Part shown: positions 37,845 to 50,816 of the stretch, piece by piece
Numbering within the stretch: the first letter of the stretch is position 1
Layout of the letters: each line of letters starts with the position of its first letter
Assembly (NCBI GenBank): GCA_020536535.1
Contig: JAHLWZ010000731.1
Coordinates: forward strand, 1-54,671
DNA: 54,671 bases
Source: Pelomyxa schiedti
Taxonomy: Eukaryota > Protista > Evosea
Direction: 5' to 3'
Notes under the pieces: model-generated
Seen by the model: only the letters and a program-made list of their open reading frames with translations
Databases searched by the model: none
Told to the model about the DNA's origin: nothing
Made by a program: the position numbers and the translations under genes

Positions 37845-37922
37845 ATGCAAACCAAAAGAATGTTGAAGGCCTAATCAAATGTTGAGCCGAAAAAAGTTAG
37901 ATCAACTTCACTGAAGCAGACA

Positions 37923-39107
37923 ATGGCGGCTGGTGACCAGTAACTTACTTTTTCTTTTCAGGGTTGCTGCTGTTCATAACAATGGTTTTTAAAAAGCGAC
38001 TATTTCTTCAAAGTGCTGCTGCTTGGGAACCGTGGTGTGGGGAAAAGTATGGGATAATTGATAATTTCCGCTTGTTAATTTTTCAAGCCTCTATGCAGGA
38101 ACAGTACTTTGTAGTATTTTCATCTTACACATGTGAACTATTAACTACTACTAGCACGTTTCCAGTAACCTCGTCGAAATCGATTTCGTGAGTGTGACAC
38201 GTTTCACACTGTGGCTCACGTTTCACCACAGAGAATTAAAACGATTGAATGTGATGGAAAGTTGATAAAGCTTCAAATTGTATCCTTGATGTGCCACCTG
38301 CATTTCACTCGGTTGTTGTTCAATTCTTTCTTAGTGGGATACTGCCAATCAAGAGAGGTTTCAGACCATCACAAGTTCATACTACCGAGGTACACATGGC
38401 CTGGTCATTGTCTTTGATTGCACGAATTTGGACACATTCACTAATATCAAGAAATGGCTGGCGCAAATTAATGAGTACACACCAGGAGATGTAAACAAGG
38501 TAGGTACTCTGACTTTGATTGTATTCATACAAAGCTCACCAGCCACTCACACCAGGTTCTTGTTTCCAACAAAACGGACCTGTCTGACAAAAGAGTTGTT
38601 CACACTTCCATGGCACAACAGTTGGCTGATGAACTCGACATTCCTTTCATTGAGACATCAGCAAAGGAGGGCGTTAATGTTGCAGAGGTCTTCATGGGAC
38701 TTGCTCGGTCAATAAAAGACAGGTTCGTTCCATCATCAGGAAGTTTGTCAACCCTCTCAAGTCACTACTGAAAACAGAATCACCCTCGATTGGAATGAGC
38801 TCACAGTGCAACTCAAATTGGCGTTTTTCTGTGGAACCCACAAAAGAGCAGGTTGTTGCATATGCCTTTCATTCCCACTTCTCACAGCACAGATGGCGAT
38901 GACACAGGACAAAGGAGCCCCGTGAGCTGTGTTCCACTTCCGCTTGTGAAAGAGCTCATGAGTGCAATTCCATGGAAGAGGCTCGTCCACAACGACGCTC
39001 TGATTCAATGGAGGCAATCCCACAAGAGGATAATTCCAGTGAGTTCCACACCCACAGCAACAACAGCTCCAAGACCTGCTCGTCGAGGTGGTTGTTGCTT
39101 GTCCTGA
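37923..39107 (+). CDS. Rab1-like GTPase with C-terminal box module (tail GGCCLS)
   Basis: [51 protein letters not shown]. Confidence 0.88.
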
Positions 39108-39217
39108 CGTTGTTTGTATGGAGGAATGTTTATGTTTTGATTATTCCCTGATGGATTGTCAATCATCCTGTCTAATGTTTCCAGGAAAACATTTTTTTTG
39201 TTGAAAGGGAAACCCTG

Positions 39218-40378
39218 ATGAAGCAGAGTGGCCCGTAATGTGTTTCCTAACCTGTTTTGTTTTGAAAAAGCGACTATTTCAAAGTGCAGCTGCTTGGGGA
39301 CCGTGGTGTTGGGAAAAGTAGGAGATTTTTTTTTGATTCCACTCTCAGTCTTCGCTAACTTAATTTCTTCAAGGCTCTCTGTTGTACAGCTTTGGTGTAT
39401 TTTATTACAATGTAGTGAATGAAGTGTAACGATTGGCAGTCCACTTGGAATGAAGACGACCTCGCTTGTGGTATTAATTTTGTGAGTGTGACATGTAATT
39501 GAAGGTTAAACACTTACCTATCACCAGAGAATGAAAACGATTGAATGTGATGGAAAACGCATAAAGCTTCAAATTGTATGCCTTTTTTTTTTTTTGATGT
39601 GCCACCTGCCATTCAACTCTGTTGTTCAATTCCTTTCTTAGTGGGATACTCTTGAGCAAGAGAGATTTGGGCCAAATATTTGTGCATGCTACAGAGGTAC
39701 GCAGGGCCTGGCCATTGTTTTTGATTGCACGAATTTGGATACATTCACCAATCTCAAACTGTGGCTGGAACAAATTAGTCAGTACGCACCAGAAGATGTG
39801 AGCAAGGTACTCTGCTTTGTTTGAATTCAGAGAACAACAAACTAACGTCACCAGGTTCTTGTGGCCAACAAAACGGATTTGTCTGACAAAAGAGTTGTTC
39901 ACACGTCCTTAGCAAAACAATTTGCTGATGACCTCGACATTCCTTTCATTGAGACATCAGCAAAGAACAACCTTAATGTTGACGACGTCTTCATGCAACT
40001 TACTCGTTCAATAAAAGACAGGTTCTTCCTTGGTTATTATACTCTAAAAGCACAAAAAACAGACTCACCCTCGATTGGAATGAGCTCACAGTGCAACTCA
40101 AATTGGCGTTACTCTGCGGAACCCACAGAAGAACAGGTTGCTGAATCAATCCCATTCATTTCTCCTTCTCAAAAACAACAATGGTGATTCCAGGACAAAG
40201 AAGCCCCGTGAGCTGTGTTCCACTCCCACTGTTGAAAGAACTGGTGCATGTGATTCCATGGAAGAGGCTCGTCCACAACGACGCCCTGATTCAATGGAGG
40301 CAATCCCACAAGAGGATAATTCCAGTGAGTTCCACACCCACAAAACACACAACCAATGGTGGTTGTTGCTTGTCCTGA
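39218..40378 (+). CDS. Rab1-like GTPase, tandem duplicate of the previous gene
   Basis: DYFKVQLLGDRGVGK, WDTLEQERF, NKTD, ETSAK; near-identical 3' exons. Confidence 0.85.
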
Positions 40379-40517
40379 TGAACCTGTGTAATGTAACACG
40401 CCCTTGTGATTGTGGTTGGGGAACCTGAAGTTTGACACGTGGCAACCCTGCCAGTCACCCCACATCACCATCACCATCACCATCGGATTCACAGAAACAC
40501 GGCAAAACCGTGTTTAA

Positions 40518-42496
40518 ATGGTGTGGAGCAGGGGGTGGGCAGTTGGCGTGGGTGTAGTGGGCGTGGCCACTTGTGTATGTCTGGCCATTATGGGACGCCG
40601 CGCCCGCGATCGCAGGCGCCTTGGCTTGTCCCTGCGCCTCAGCGTCGCTGTGACCCCGTCGGCACCCTCGTACCATAATGGTGCGCAGGCAGATCCGCGC
40701 GACGGCGACGACGAGCCAGCGGACAGTGTCTGTTTGGACAAAGGGGAGGGAGTGGAGAGCAGCCGGGAAGGCAGCATCGTGCTTATGGGACAGGACTGCG
40801 TGGTCGGGAGCCTCATGAAGTTCTGCGTCCGGTTCAGCGGAATTGCAGACAGCGAAAAAATGCTGAGGTCATTGCAATTGCTTGTAGACCAATATCCCCT
40901 GTTGTGCGGCTCTCTGCGTTGGTCAAAGAGAGGTTAGTATTCTGTGTGTGTTTGATATAAATTGTATGTAACGGCATTTTGACAGACAATAAGAAAGTAT
41001 TTGAACTTGTGTGGGGAGAATCACACGCCAAATGGGCTCCAGTGTGGTTCGCGGTTTTACAATCCACGGCAAGCTCTCCTCCACCTTGCACTCGATTACA
41101 CATGGAACCTTATGTACCCTCAATGCCTAGAGGCTCCTTTCTCGCAGTGAACTTGGTTCATTTTCCTGCCTGTAAATGCTCTTATCTGATTTCTGTGGTG
41201 GAGCACACTTTAGTAGATGCCGCTGGGGTGCGTTTTCTATCTCTATGTTCACCAATCTCACTGTGACATATGTAGTGGACCAAGTTATTTACTCAGTGGG
41301 CCGCAATATCCTGTGGAGCGGCCGCTAATTCTCTCAGTTTGAGATTTTCGCGATCTCCATCAGTTCTACTTGATGAAAAAGTGTGCAGAAAGGTGGAAAA
41401 GCGTGCGGGGTCTATCTTGCCGAAGACCCAGAAAGACCTGTGCACATTATTCAGCAAGTGGTCAAAGCATACGCCACTCTCTGGGTTTTTATGGTATTAG
41501 TACAGTCTCCCATTTTATTATCACAATTCACTAGGACTATCCCTTATCTGCTACGTGGTTTTATCTTTTCACAGTCCACAGTATTCCGATTTAGTAGTGA
41601 CACCATCCAAGGTAGTTTTATCGATTAGGGAAAGAAATAAACCACACGAGATTTGATGGTGAAGGGGGACTGCCCTACTGTCACTAAAAACAGCGCCCTC
41701 TGTGCCATTATTATGGGCTCCTTTCATCTACTTTCCCCAGAGGTATCAACGAAACGGGGAGGTATTGGAGTGCAAATGCTTTTTAACCTGCGAGGAGGGA
41801 GGTAACAAATTTCCAACAACTGGGCACCCTTCTCAATTGCTTTGCAGGTGTGGAACAGCAATTCCTGATACATTTACCGGAAATGCAATACTCAACCTCA
41901 GTCAGTGGATCCCAATCTCGACTCTGGACAGTGCTGCTACGGCTCTGAAAGAGGAAGGACCTGCCGCATGTATGGCCATTCTTGCTCCTGTGTTCCAAGT
42001 ATGGGTAGGACAAGAAATTCGGAGCAGAACCGGCCTTGAACAACTATGTTGGTACAGCAGGTTTTCTGCACTCCCATCTGATACCCTACACCCCTTATGC
42101 ATTCATACCTAGAGTCCACCACCTCGGACTTGACTCCAAACTAGGGCACGGGGGCCTTGGTGCAATGTAATTACCTTCCCCTGAATCCTTTCTTATGTTA
42201 AATACTTGCACAGAGCGGAAGGAGATGCTCTTCTTGACAACGTGAACACCCGGGAGTGGTTCGAACTAGGATTTCCGAGAGAAGGCTGCAAGGCTCTTGA
42301 TGGAACAGAGGGACCGAGAAAGCTGGACGTGGTTCGGCCTGTTGAAGTGTGCCTACCAATGGTAACCATGAACTTGATATGTTACATCGTGCAGTGCACC
42401 GCCAAAGGAGACAGGGATGTCTATGTTTCTATGCCAAAAGCAAAGCTTACACAACTTTCCAAGTTGTGGGCTGAAATGGCCACACAATTGTACTGA
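40518..42496 (+). CDS. HXXXD CoA-dependent acyltransferase (BAHD/transferase-like) with N-terminal anchor
   Basis: SLQLLVDQYPLLCGSL (cf. YPxLAGRL), EHTLVDAAG (HXXXD), FTGNA, WFELGFP (DFGWG-like position). Confidence 0.7.
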
Positions 42497-42718
42497 AAAA
42501 CAAAAATATTATTGGTGAAAAAAAAAGACTCCAGGCAGGGAGCTGGGCAGGTGCAAAGGATCCGGATCCTTGAATCTCTTTGGTAAAGATCGAGATCCTC
42601 CAAATCAGCACCATCCCCATCTGAGTTAGAAAGGAGGGTTCATGCATTTGTTCCCCATCCCTCAACTTTTCCTCAGGGTAACAGTGGTTGAACTTGTATT
42701 GTGGGGCCGAGTGGGTGG

Positions 42719-43973
42719 ATGAGCACACAGCCGATGTTCGACATCGGTGGTTGGAACAGCAGAGTGAGGGACAGGGAGGCCACGACGGGGCTCACTCCCC
42801 CGCAGTGTCTGTGCACCTACTCCTACTCCCCATCAGTGCTCCCTGTGAGTGTGAGTGTGAGTGTGAGTGTGAGTGTGAGTGTGAGTGTGAGTGTGAGTGT
42901 GAGTGTGAGTGTGAGTGTGAGTGTGAGTGTGAGTGTGAGTGTGCGCGTGTGTTTGGGGTCCTTAGATATCATTTTTGGTAGTTATGCCAACTTTACAACA
43001 GGTCAGAGTGGGATGCGCGTGCCCGGGGGTGTACAGGGAACCGCGTACTGGCGTGTGTCTGTATGACGGTTACACTCCTGATTGGATTCCACCTGCGGAA
43101 GAGGACAACACACTCACGGCGCCATGGCTGGCAATGAGGAACTGCGGCGTCGACACTTGCCTTGCTGGATGTGATGTGTTCACCTACAGGAATAACCTCA
43201 ATAAGCTGTTTGCCACTCCGTATAGCAGTGATCCATGGAAAATAGAGGTCACAAAGTGTAATAAGCGAGGTGCGCCAAAGCTACAACTGGACATTGTGAT
43301 GCCTCATCAGAACACACTGGAATTCCCTCTCCCACAGAGACTTGCAATGTACAGTGGATATATGTTTGAAGATATTTGCAGGACACAGCCTCCACCAGAA
43401 CTACCAAAATTCGCAAGTATTGTGAGAACATCATTTGACACTTCTGGCATTTCCATGATTGTGGCTTCAGAAATAGACTGCACAATAGGTTAAGATAATT
43501 ATAAGATAATACAGATGATAACCTCCCACTAACACATTTTCGAAGGAAGCAGTACCGCACTCTCTGACTTTGTGGAACTAAAGACCTATCAGTCACTCAC
43601 AACACAGAAGGCCATCAACAACTTCCACAACTACAAGACCCTCAACTTCTGGATACAATCGCACATTGCCGGTGTGCCCAGGATAGCCTGTGGCTTCCGC
43701 AACAACCAAACAGGGGTCCTTGACCACGTTCAGCACTTCCGCACCGAGGAACTCCCGGGATTGATCCCGCGACCTCTCGCATCCTCATCCTCGAGGTCTT
43801 CTTCTTCCTCGCCACCATCAACACCGACGTGGGAACCCCGGACGTGCACGGGATTCGCGTCGTCGGTCCTGGTGTGGCTCAGGGACACAGTCAATGGGAT
43901 ACCAGGGTTCAACAGATTCACATTGAGCCACGATGGAGGCAGGCAACTACTGGCACTTGTCCCTCACAACTGA
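42719..43973 (+). CDS. DXO: DXO/Rai1/Dom3Z-family decapping exoribonuclease
   Basis: [48 protein letters not shown]. Confidence 0.88.
42845..42940 (+). repeat. (GTGAGT)16 microsatellite at the 5' end of DXO intron 1
   Basis: 96 nt, 16 perfect units. Confidence 0.95.
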
Positions 43974-44035
43974 TGTCTGACCGTATTTACGGGAAGAAAA
44001 CAGAAGGAAAAAAAAAAACAAACGTAACCGAAGTG

Positions 44036-45904
44036 ATGGTGACAAAGATCGATACACCGAGTACGTATTTTTTTCCCCTCCCCCCCCGAACTTACTTAAT
44101 TTGACACGGTGATTTGTGTAGTTGTATTTGATGATCTGCGACCGGCCGAGTCGTACCTCCAGATGGTGGACTCTCTCGTTCAACTTGACAAAACTGTCGC
44201 TGCTGTTTTTGACCGGATCTCTAGTGCTGTGTGTCGGCCTGTTGAAATCGACACGGGGTGGTTTAATGTAATTCATTAGGTCAGTCAGGACAGGGAGAGG
44301 TTGAACGCCCTTTCTTCCCGAATTTCTGCTGCCAAGGTGCGAGGATTTCGCGCTGTGTTTATCCTCCTCTTCTAACGGGAAAGTTTCAGGGTAAAGTGGA
44401 TAGGCTGGCGACAGATAACACGCGAGCAACTACTGTTCGATCGCCTTCCCAATTCCCGACGACCAACAGCATTATTCCTCCACGGCCACTTCTTTTTGCT
44501 GCACAATCCTCAATCCCTATGCAGCACAAATATGGTCGTCTTTCATCAGTACCTCATGTATGGCTTGAACCGTACGACATAATTCTTAAGTTTTCTCATA
44601 GGAACCAAATCCTCTCGAAAATGCAGATCCTATACGCATGAGCGAAAATACTATCCCCTTGTTGTCAGAACTACGAGAAATAGCCATTACCCCAGCTCCA
44701 TCAGATGGGCTTGGTAAATTTTAATTTTGCTTAATCTAAAATTAACCACTTCCAAGGACGATTACCTGAGGAACTTCCTGCAGTTTCAAGCCTTTTGCTG
44801 TTCAATACAGCCGAAAATCCATACAAGAAATACGACATGTTTAATAACTTGGCTGGCTGGACTGGCCGTGCCATAAAGGAACAGCAACTCATGGGAAAAC
44901 AATTATCTGCTGGACCCACAACTCTTGGTGATCAATTGGTACGCTGTAAACAGTAATACTGCAAATACCAACGAAAATAGGGATTACACTCTGGGCTCGA
45001 TTTTGGCTACCGCCCCGTTCTAGAAAACATGCCCGAGTTTGCCTTACCTAACAATTTGGCACTTCCAAATATTGCCAACATTACTGCTGCTGGTACCTCT
45101 CCTGGATTGTCAAGATACCTGCTCACAATCTACAGATGTTAATGAGGTTTCAATTGCGCCCTCGAACAGCCTACTTCCTGTTAATATGGAAGCTCCCCCT
45201 CCTGGTCCAATGCATACTACCCCAGCGGCTCCTTCCAGCGGCGGCAGCGGCGGTGGCGCAGCCGGTGCCCCTCCGCCTCCCCCACCACCGCCCCCTCCCG
45301 GTGGCAGGGGTGCCCCGCCTCCTCCGCCCCCTCCACCTCCCCCCCCTGGCGCTTCTGCGGACGGTGCGCCTCCCCCTCCGCCCCCTCCACCACCTCCCGG
45401 AGCCGGCGGAGCCCCTCAGAACGTTCCCGCTGCCGTTCTGGACTCCGGAAGGATGTCACTGATGGAGCAAATCAGAGCCGGCAAGAAGTTGAAGGCATCC
45501 AAAAAGGCAGAAGAGAAGAAGCCCAAAGCCGCACCGGCCCCAATGGTACTTTACTCCTACTCTCTCCTACTCTTTCCTAACTTTAAACAGCAAATGGGCC
45601 TTATGGGCGAACTCCAGAAAAGATTGAGCTCCATCAGGTCCGGTATCTCCAAAGACAAGGACCCGGAGCCCAAGAAGAAAAAGAAGAAGTATGGCTGGCT
45701 TCTATCCTTCCCCTATTCTCTAACCACGAGGTTCTCACCAACAGGGCCAAAGAAATCAAAGCACCAAGAGAAGGCGAAGCCGACGGCGACGGGGATGAAG
45801 ATAAGCCCAGGCCAAAGAAAGCCAAGGCCAAGGCAGCCGATGACGACGACGGCGACGATGACGACGATGACGAAGAAGAGAAGAGTGACTGGGACGAATC
45901 CTAA
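44036..45904 (+). CDS. WASH1: WASH complex subunit 1 (WAHD, poly-Pro, WH2, acidic tail)
   Basis: DLRPAESYLQMVDSL..VFDRIS, SLLLFNTAENPYKKY, poly-Pro tracts, GRMSLMEQIRAGKKLK, GLMGELQKRL..RSGIS, acidic end DWDES*. Confidence 0.9.
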
Positions 45905-45997
45905 ACACACATCACATCACATCACACCACACCACACCAGCCACCATCTGATAAGAATGAAAATAAATAATTTCAATTTATCCTTTCCTATTAGCAC

Positions 45998-47924
45998 ATG
46001 GCCACCAACACAACAGCAACAGCAACAGACACAACTACTACTGCTGCTGCACCACTGAGCAGTACTAGTACTAGTAGTGATGGTGGGGGTAGTGGTGGGA
46101 GTGGGTGTTACCGGGACCGGGGTGTTAATGCATTTGGGGGAGGGCGTAGCTTGGTGGCTGTTGACATTGGGTGCATACTCGTAAAACTGGTATGTGTTGG
46201 TTGTGTCAGTCTCTCTCTCACAGCTACAAACTGGAGATGCTATTTATTTTGTTGTTAATGATGCACACTTGTATGTGGGTGTTGCATTGATCAAGTAAAA
46301 CAAACACAGGTGTACTTTGGGAATAAACCACTGCCAGATAACATGCCAGCCTTTATTTGCGTGGAATCGACGCCTTATGTGTCGGCATTGACTGGGGGTG
46401 TACACTTGGCTGCAGAGGGTGCATCACCTGATGCAAGTGCTACCACTACCTCCTGCTGCACTGCAGCGGTTCCAACTGGCAATAGTAGGACTGGCAGTCA
46501 AAGTATAGTACTTCCCGTTTTTTAATTATCTGAAGTCATTTACTTTATTCAGCTAGATTCCTGCGCTTTTTGAAATTTCCGTTGGAAAATGCACCACAGT
46601 TCAATGAGTGGGTTATTGCCAACTCCCTGGTTGATCTTTACTTGGAAGGAAACAGACTTGTAAATGCTACAGGAATGCCACAACTTCCGGTGTACTGCTT
46701 TTTATTTAAAAAACAGGCGGGGGAGCGGAACGCTGTGGAGAATGTGTTAGAGCCACACTAGGAGTTGAATTTCAAGTGCAGGTTTGTTTTCCGATATATG
46801 AATATATTCAGTTAACTTTCTCATTCCGCTTCAAAGGATGAAATGCAATCTCTAATCAGAGGCCTCACTTTCCTATTACATCACACTGATGATGAAATTT
46901 TCATTTTCAATCAGGAGACAATGACAAAAGAGTTTCTCCCGTCTTCTAGTGTATTTGCTTGTCTATATTGTATTTGCACTCTAACATTTCACCAGTGGGC
47001 TCCCGGTGGAAAAGAAAAAATGTTTCCTTATCTTCTCGTTCGAGTGGGAAGTGGTGTAAGTGTATTTAAAGTCAGCAGCCCGACTTCATTTGCGAGAGTA
47101 TCTGGCTCCGGCATTGGAGGCGGTTTAGAGACCCTTAATTAGAACCAAATCCTCACTCACTGTCTAGGTACTTTCTGGGGACTGTGCAAATTACTGACTG
47201 AAGCAAAGCACTACGAGGAGGCTCGGGACTTTTGTCTTACAGGTAGAATGCACACTTAAAAAAGAAAACCAACCAAACACACTTAGGCAACAATCGTAAC
47301 GTCGACCTCCAAGTTGGAGACATTTATGGCTGTGATTACGGAAACCTGGTATTTTTTTGTTGCTGCGGGCGAATTTGATAACGTATATATACAAAGGGTT
47401 TGAAGTCCGATATCATTGCGAGCAGGTTCTTTCATTTAAATATTCTTAAGTCTCAGTGTGCCACAGTTTTGGGAAGGTTCCGCGTATGGGTGGCGATAGA
47501 GCTTTGTACAAGTTACTTCACCATTAAACCAACGAGCCATATCAACTACGCCAACAAAAATCCAACAAATAATAACCAAAAATAAGATAATTATAATGAA
47601 TACAGTACACAACCTAAAATAACTCAAACCGGTAGACAAGAGGATATTGCACGTAGTGCTATGTTTATGGTCACTGTGAATATTGGACAAATTGCCTTCC
47701 TCACAGCACAGCTCGAGCACGTGAAGAGCATATTCTTCACGGGTTCGTTCCTTCGCGATAATCCCGTTGTTTATGAACGCCTGTCATGGGCCATTTCGTT
47801 CTGGTCTCAGAAAACAATGAATGTATGTAATTATACAATTCTCACTTCTACCACTTACGCACAGCAGGCCATGTTCTTCCTTCATGACGGATACTTGGGT
47901 TCTTTGGGTGCACTTCTGGCTTGA
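45998..47924 (+). CDS. PANK: Type II (eukaryotic, fumble) pantothenate kinase
   Basis: VDIGCILVKL, TGGGA, DEMQSLIRG, FPYLLVRVGSGVS, RVSGSGIGGGTF, DIIASSFG, GYLGSLGA. Confidence 0.92.
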
Positions 47925-48016
47925 CACCACATGGCAATAATTTGGGGAAAGTTTCAAAAAATTTTGATGAATAATAGGATGATAATAGTCTATTATCAAA
48001 TTGTTGTTGGTGCGGA

Positions 48017-49335
48017 CTACAGAGAGTAGGCAGCGAGGTCATCAGCGGCCAATACTTGTGTGCCTGGGCACTGGGATTGTGCCTCAGTGACTAAGTCAGC
48101 AACGGTCTTGCCACCCTCACCAGTTGCATATCTCATGCTGAAGTGCGTGAGGATCATCTTCTTAGCACCCATGGCCTTGCCAAAGAGGCCTGCCATTGTG
48201 CTTGTTGAGTGACCGTGATCAACGGCCATTTCTACGGCAATGGTATTATCTAGGGTGCACTCGTGAACCCTGCATTTTGCGTGACTTCTTTTTTGGAAGG
48301 TATTGGGAAGGGGTATCATACAGTATATCACAGCCGGCCCCGGGAGCGAGTGTTCCTGAAGCATCACAGGTATCACCAAGAATTACAACCTTTTTCCCTG
48401 GTTGGGAAGGTCCTATTACATCTTCCGGCTGCAAAGAAATGTGAGCCATAAGGAAAGAATAAAACTTGGGAATTAATTACTTTTATCACTGTTCCGTTTG
48501 GAAGTGTGACAGGATTTCCAGATTTAAGTACACCAAGCTCTTTCCCTTTCGCCCCTGTTTACTTGTTAACACAGCACCAGATTTCAGATCAAGTATTTAC
48601 CCAACGAAGCAGCTTTTTTAGCATCTAAATTGCCTGGCCTGTCAGGTTCCTTCACAATGTATCCAAAGCAAGGTACCTTGTGTGTAATTGGCACACATAA
48701 AACGGAAGAGCTGCCGTCCAACAGCCCGAGGTCATGCGTTTTTCCAGGTACAAGTTCGTTTATCTTTGATGGGTTAAGATATCAAGTTTCATAAGTAGAT
48801 AGTAACATTCAGTGTATAAGTCAAGTATGTCTCTGATGCTTCAAGAGCCGTACGTATGAATTTTTCTATGCCTTGACCATAATAAGGATAGGAGTGAAGA
48901 GAATTGGGAAAACCTGTTGGGCCAAATACAGTGAGCGGTTCACGTCCGGGGCACAGTAAGCACATGGATGCAATGAGACCAGGGAGCCCGAAAATATGGT
49001 CTCCATGCAAATGAGTCACGAAGATGAATGATATCTTAGACAGCTTCACTAAGTCTGCTTTGAGTATTTGTAGTTGGGTGCCCTTTGTTACAGCCATCAG
49101 CCGTCATCATAATAACAACAACAAAAAAAAAAAAAAACAAAAACAAACCTCACCGCAATCAAACATCCATATTTTGCCCGACTTGTATCGCAACGTAATG
49201 CTAGTGACCTAGATCAACCCCCCCACGTCAGCCAAAAATACCAAACGTATGAAGTAGGAAGTGACGTCATAGTCATACGTTTCTGGTCTTGCATGGTGTG
49301 CTCGCACTAGTCCCAAGAAATATCACACTGTCCAT
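48017..49335 (-). CDS. ELAC1: Short-form RNase Z (tRNase Z-S, ELAC1/RNase BN type)
   Basis: [33 protein letters not shown], exosite region, [19 protein letters not shown]. Confidence 0.93.
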
Positions 49336-49492
49336 GATCCGCTTCGCTGGTGATTTCGTGTCACGTGAAGAGAGACTCCTTCGGCGAAAACTGCAGACTG
49401 ACAACTAGCCCCTGAGTTCTGTTGCCGGTTAGGGTGGTGATTGGTAACTGGGTACACGTGACAACAACTTGTTACATTTTTTCTTGGGAAAG

Positions 49493-50743
49493 TCACAAAA
49501 CACGGAACACATAGAACTTCACTGTGTTCAACATCCTGAAGATAACAAAGCCAGACACAGCATCAATCACCTCAATGTAATTTGGAAATGTGTGTGCCCC
49601 TGGCTCCCACACAACCAGCTCCCTCCCAAACGCCATTGACCCCATCGACTCCACCCTGTGCCTGCTGCACACCTTGTTCGGCTCCACCACGCTGCGAACT
49701 TCCCTGAAAGTGCCCTCACTGGTTCTGTTCAGGGTGGCAAAATAAGGACCGCCAACAAGCTCCGGCCTGCTGCCCCAAGGCATCTCAGTCCTCTCACCAG
49801 TGGTGATGCACAGAAGAGACTCGTCGACCAGCGTTGTGTACACATTCCCGCGCCAGCACCACAAGTTCCTCGTGCAGTGGTCAGAACCCACAGTGAACTC
49901 ACTTCCAACTGCCCTTCCCTGCTCCAATGTGGATTGCAGGTCAACGATCATCACTCCATTCCCTTGACCTGGGTCCTGCCTGATCACCAGTGAATCTTTG
50001 CCGTTGAAGGCCATCTTGCGCACCCTCCACGGCAACGGAACGTGTTCCACCTTTTCTGGAGCTTTTCCATCCCCGAGGCCGTCCAGTTTCCACAATGACA
50101 ACGCGGCGCCACCTCCTCTTAGTGTGTTGGCAGTGGCCACAGTCCACGTTCTGCTGTTTGCCCACACTTCTTGTCTCGCCCACATATTCGGTGCCGATGT
50201 CCTCATGGTCGCCACAACCACACCACCCACTCCATTCCCTCCTTCTGTACACCTCCTGTTGCTGCTGCTGTTGTTGTTGGCACCAACACCCAAGTCACAC
50301 ACACGCATTTCCTTGATGTATGAGTAATCGCGCCCATCCAGCACCGACGAAACCACGCGGGCGAACCTGAGCCCGCAGGCAAGCGGCCCCACCCACCCAC
50401 ACAACTTTCTGCCTGCCCCTCCGCCGAAGTCGACGGCCACGGGGTCGCTGGTGAGCCCCAGGGTGGCCGAGAAGGAGAACGCGAGCCGCGTGCGGGCCCG
50501 CGAGTCCGTCATCTGGCCGAGCTCGACGACTACGCAGCGGGCTGGGGACGCGACCCAGCGGCGGCCGATGAGGGACAGCGAGGAGGGCGTGAGGGCCGAT
50601 GCGGGGCTGCCACTGCTGTGGGGGTCGTCGTGGTGGTGCCGACCACACCGTCCCACAATGACGCCAGCGCCGAGGGCAAGGAATTGGGCACGTGCGTACG
50701 TTGGTTCTTTGAGGGCAACGGCTGAGACCGAGACAGACAACAT
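49493..50743 (-). CDS. Lineage-specific 'QFxAL...DAVSG' family protein
   Basis: YARAQFLALGAGVIVGRCG...SPASAL, VGGPYF, IEVIDAVSGFVIFRM. Confidence 0.85.
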   Translation of the reverse strand: MLSVSVSAVALKEPTYARAQFLALGAGVIVGRCGRHHHDDPHSSGSPASALTPSSLSLIGRRWVASPARCVVVELGQMTDSRARTRLAFSFSATLGLTSDPVAVDFGGGAGRKLCGWVGPLACGLRFARVVSSVLDGRDYSYIKEMRVCDLGVGANNNSSSNRRCTEGGNGVGGVVVATMRTSAPNMWARQEVWANSRTWTVATANTLRGGGAALSLWKLDGLGDGKAPEKVEHVPLPWRVRKMAFNGKDSLVIRQDPGQGNGVMIVDLQSTLEQGRAVGSEFTVGSDHCTRNLWCWRGNVYTTLVDESLLCITTGERTEMPWGSRPELVGGPYFATLNRTSEGTFREVRSVVEPNKVCSRHRVESMGSMAFGRELVVWEPGAHTFPNYIEVIDAVSGFVIFRMLNTVKFYVFRVL

Positions 50744-50816
50744 TTCATTTGGACGTTTCAGTCAAAACCAAGCCACACAAACAAAAAACCAAATTATCAT
50801 CAACATCGAACGAAAC

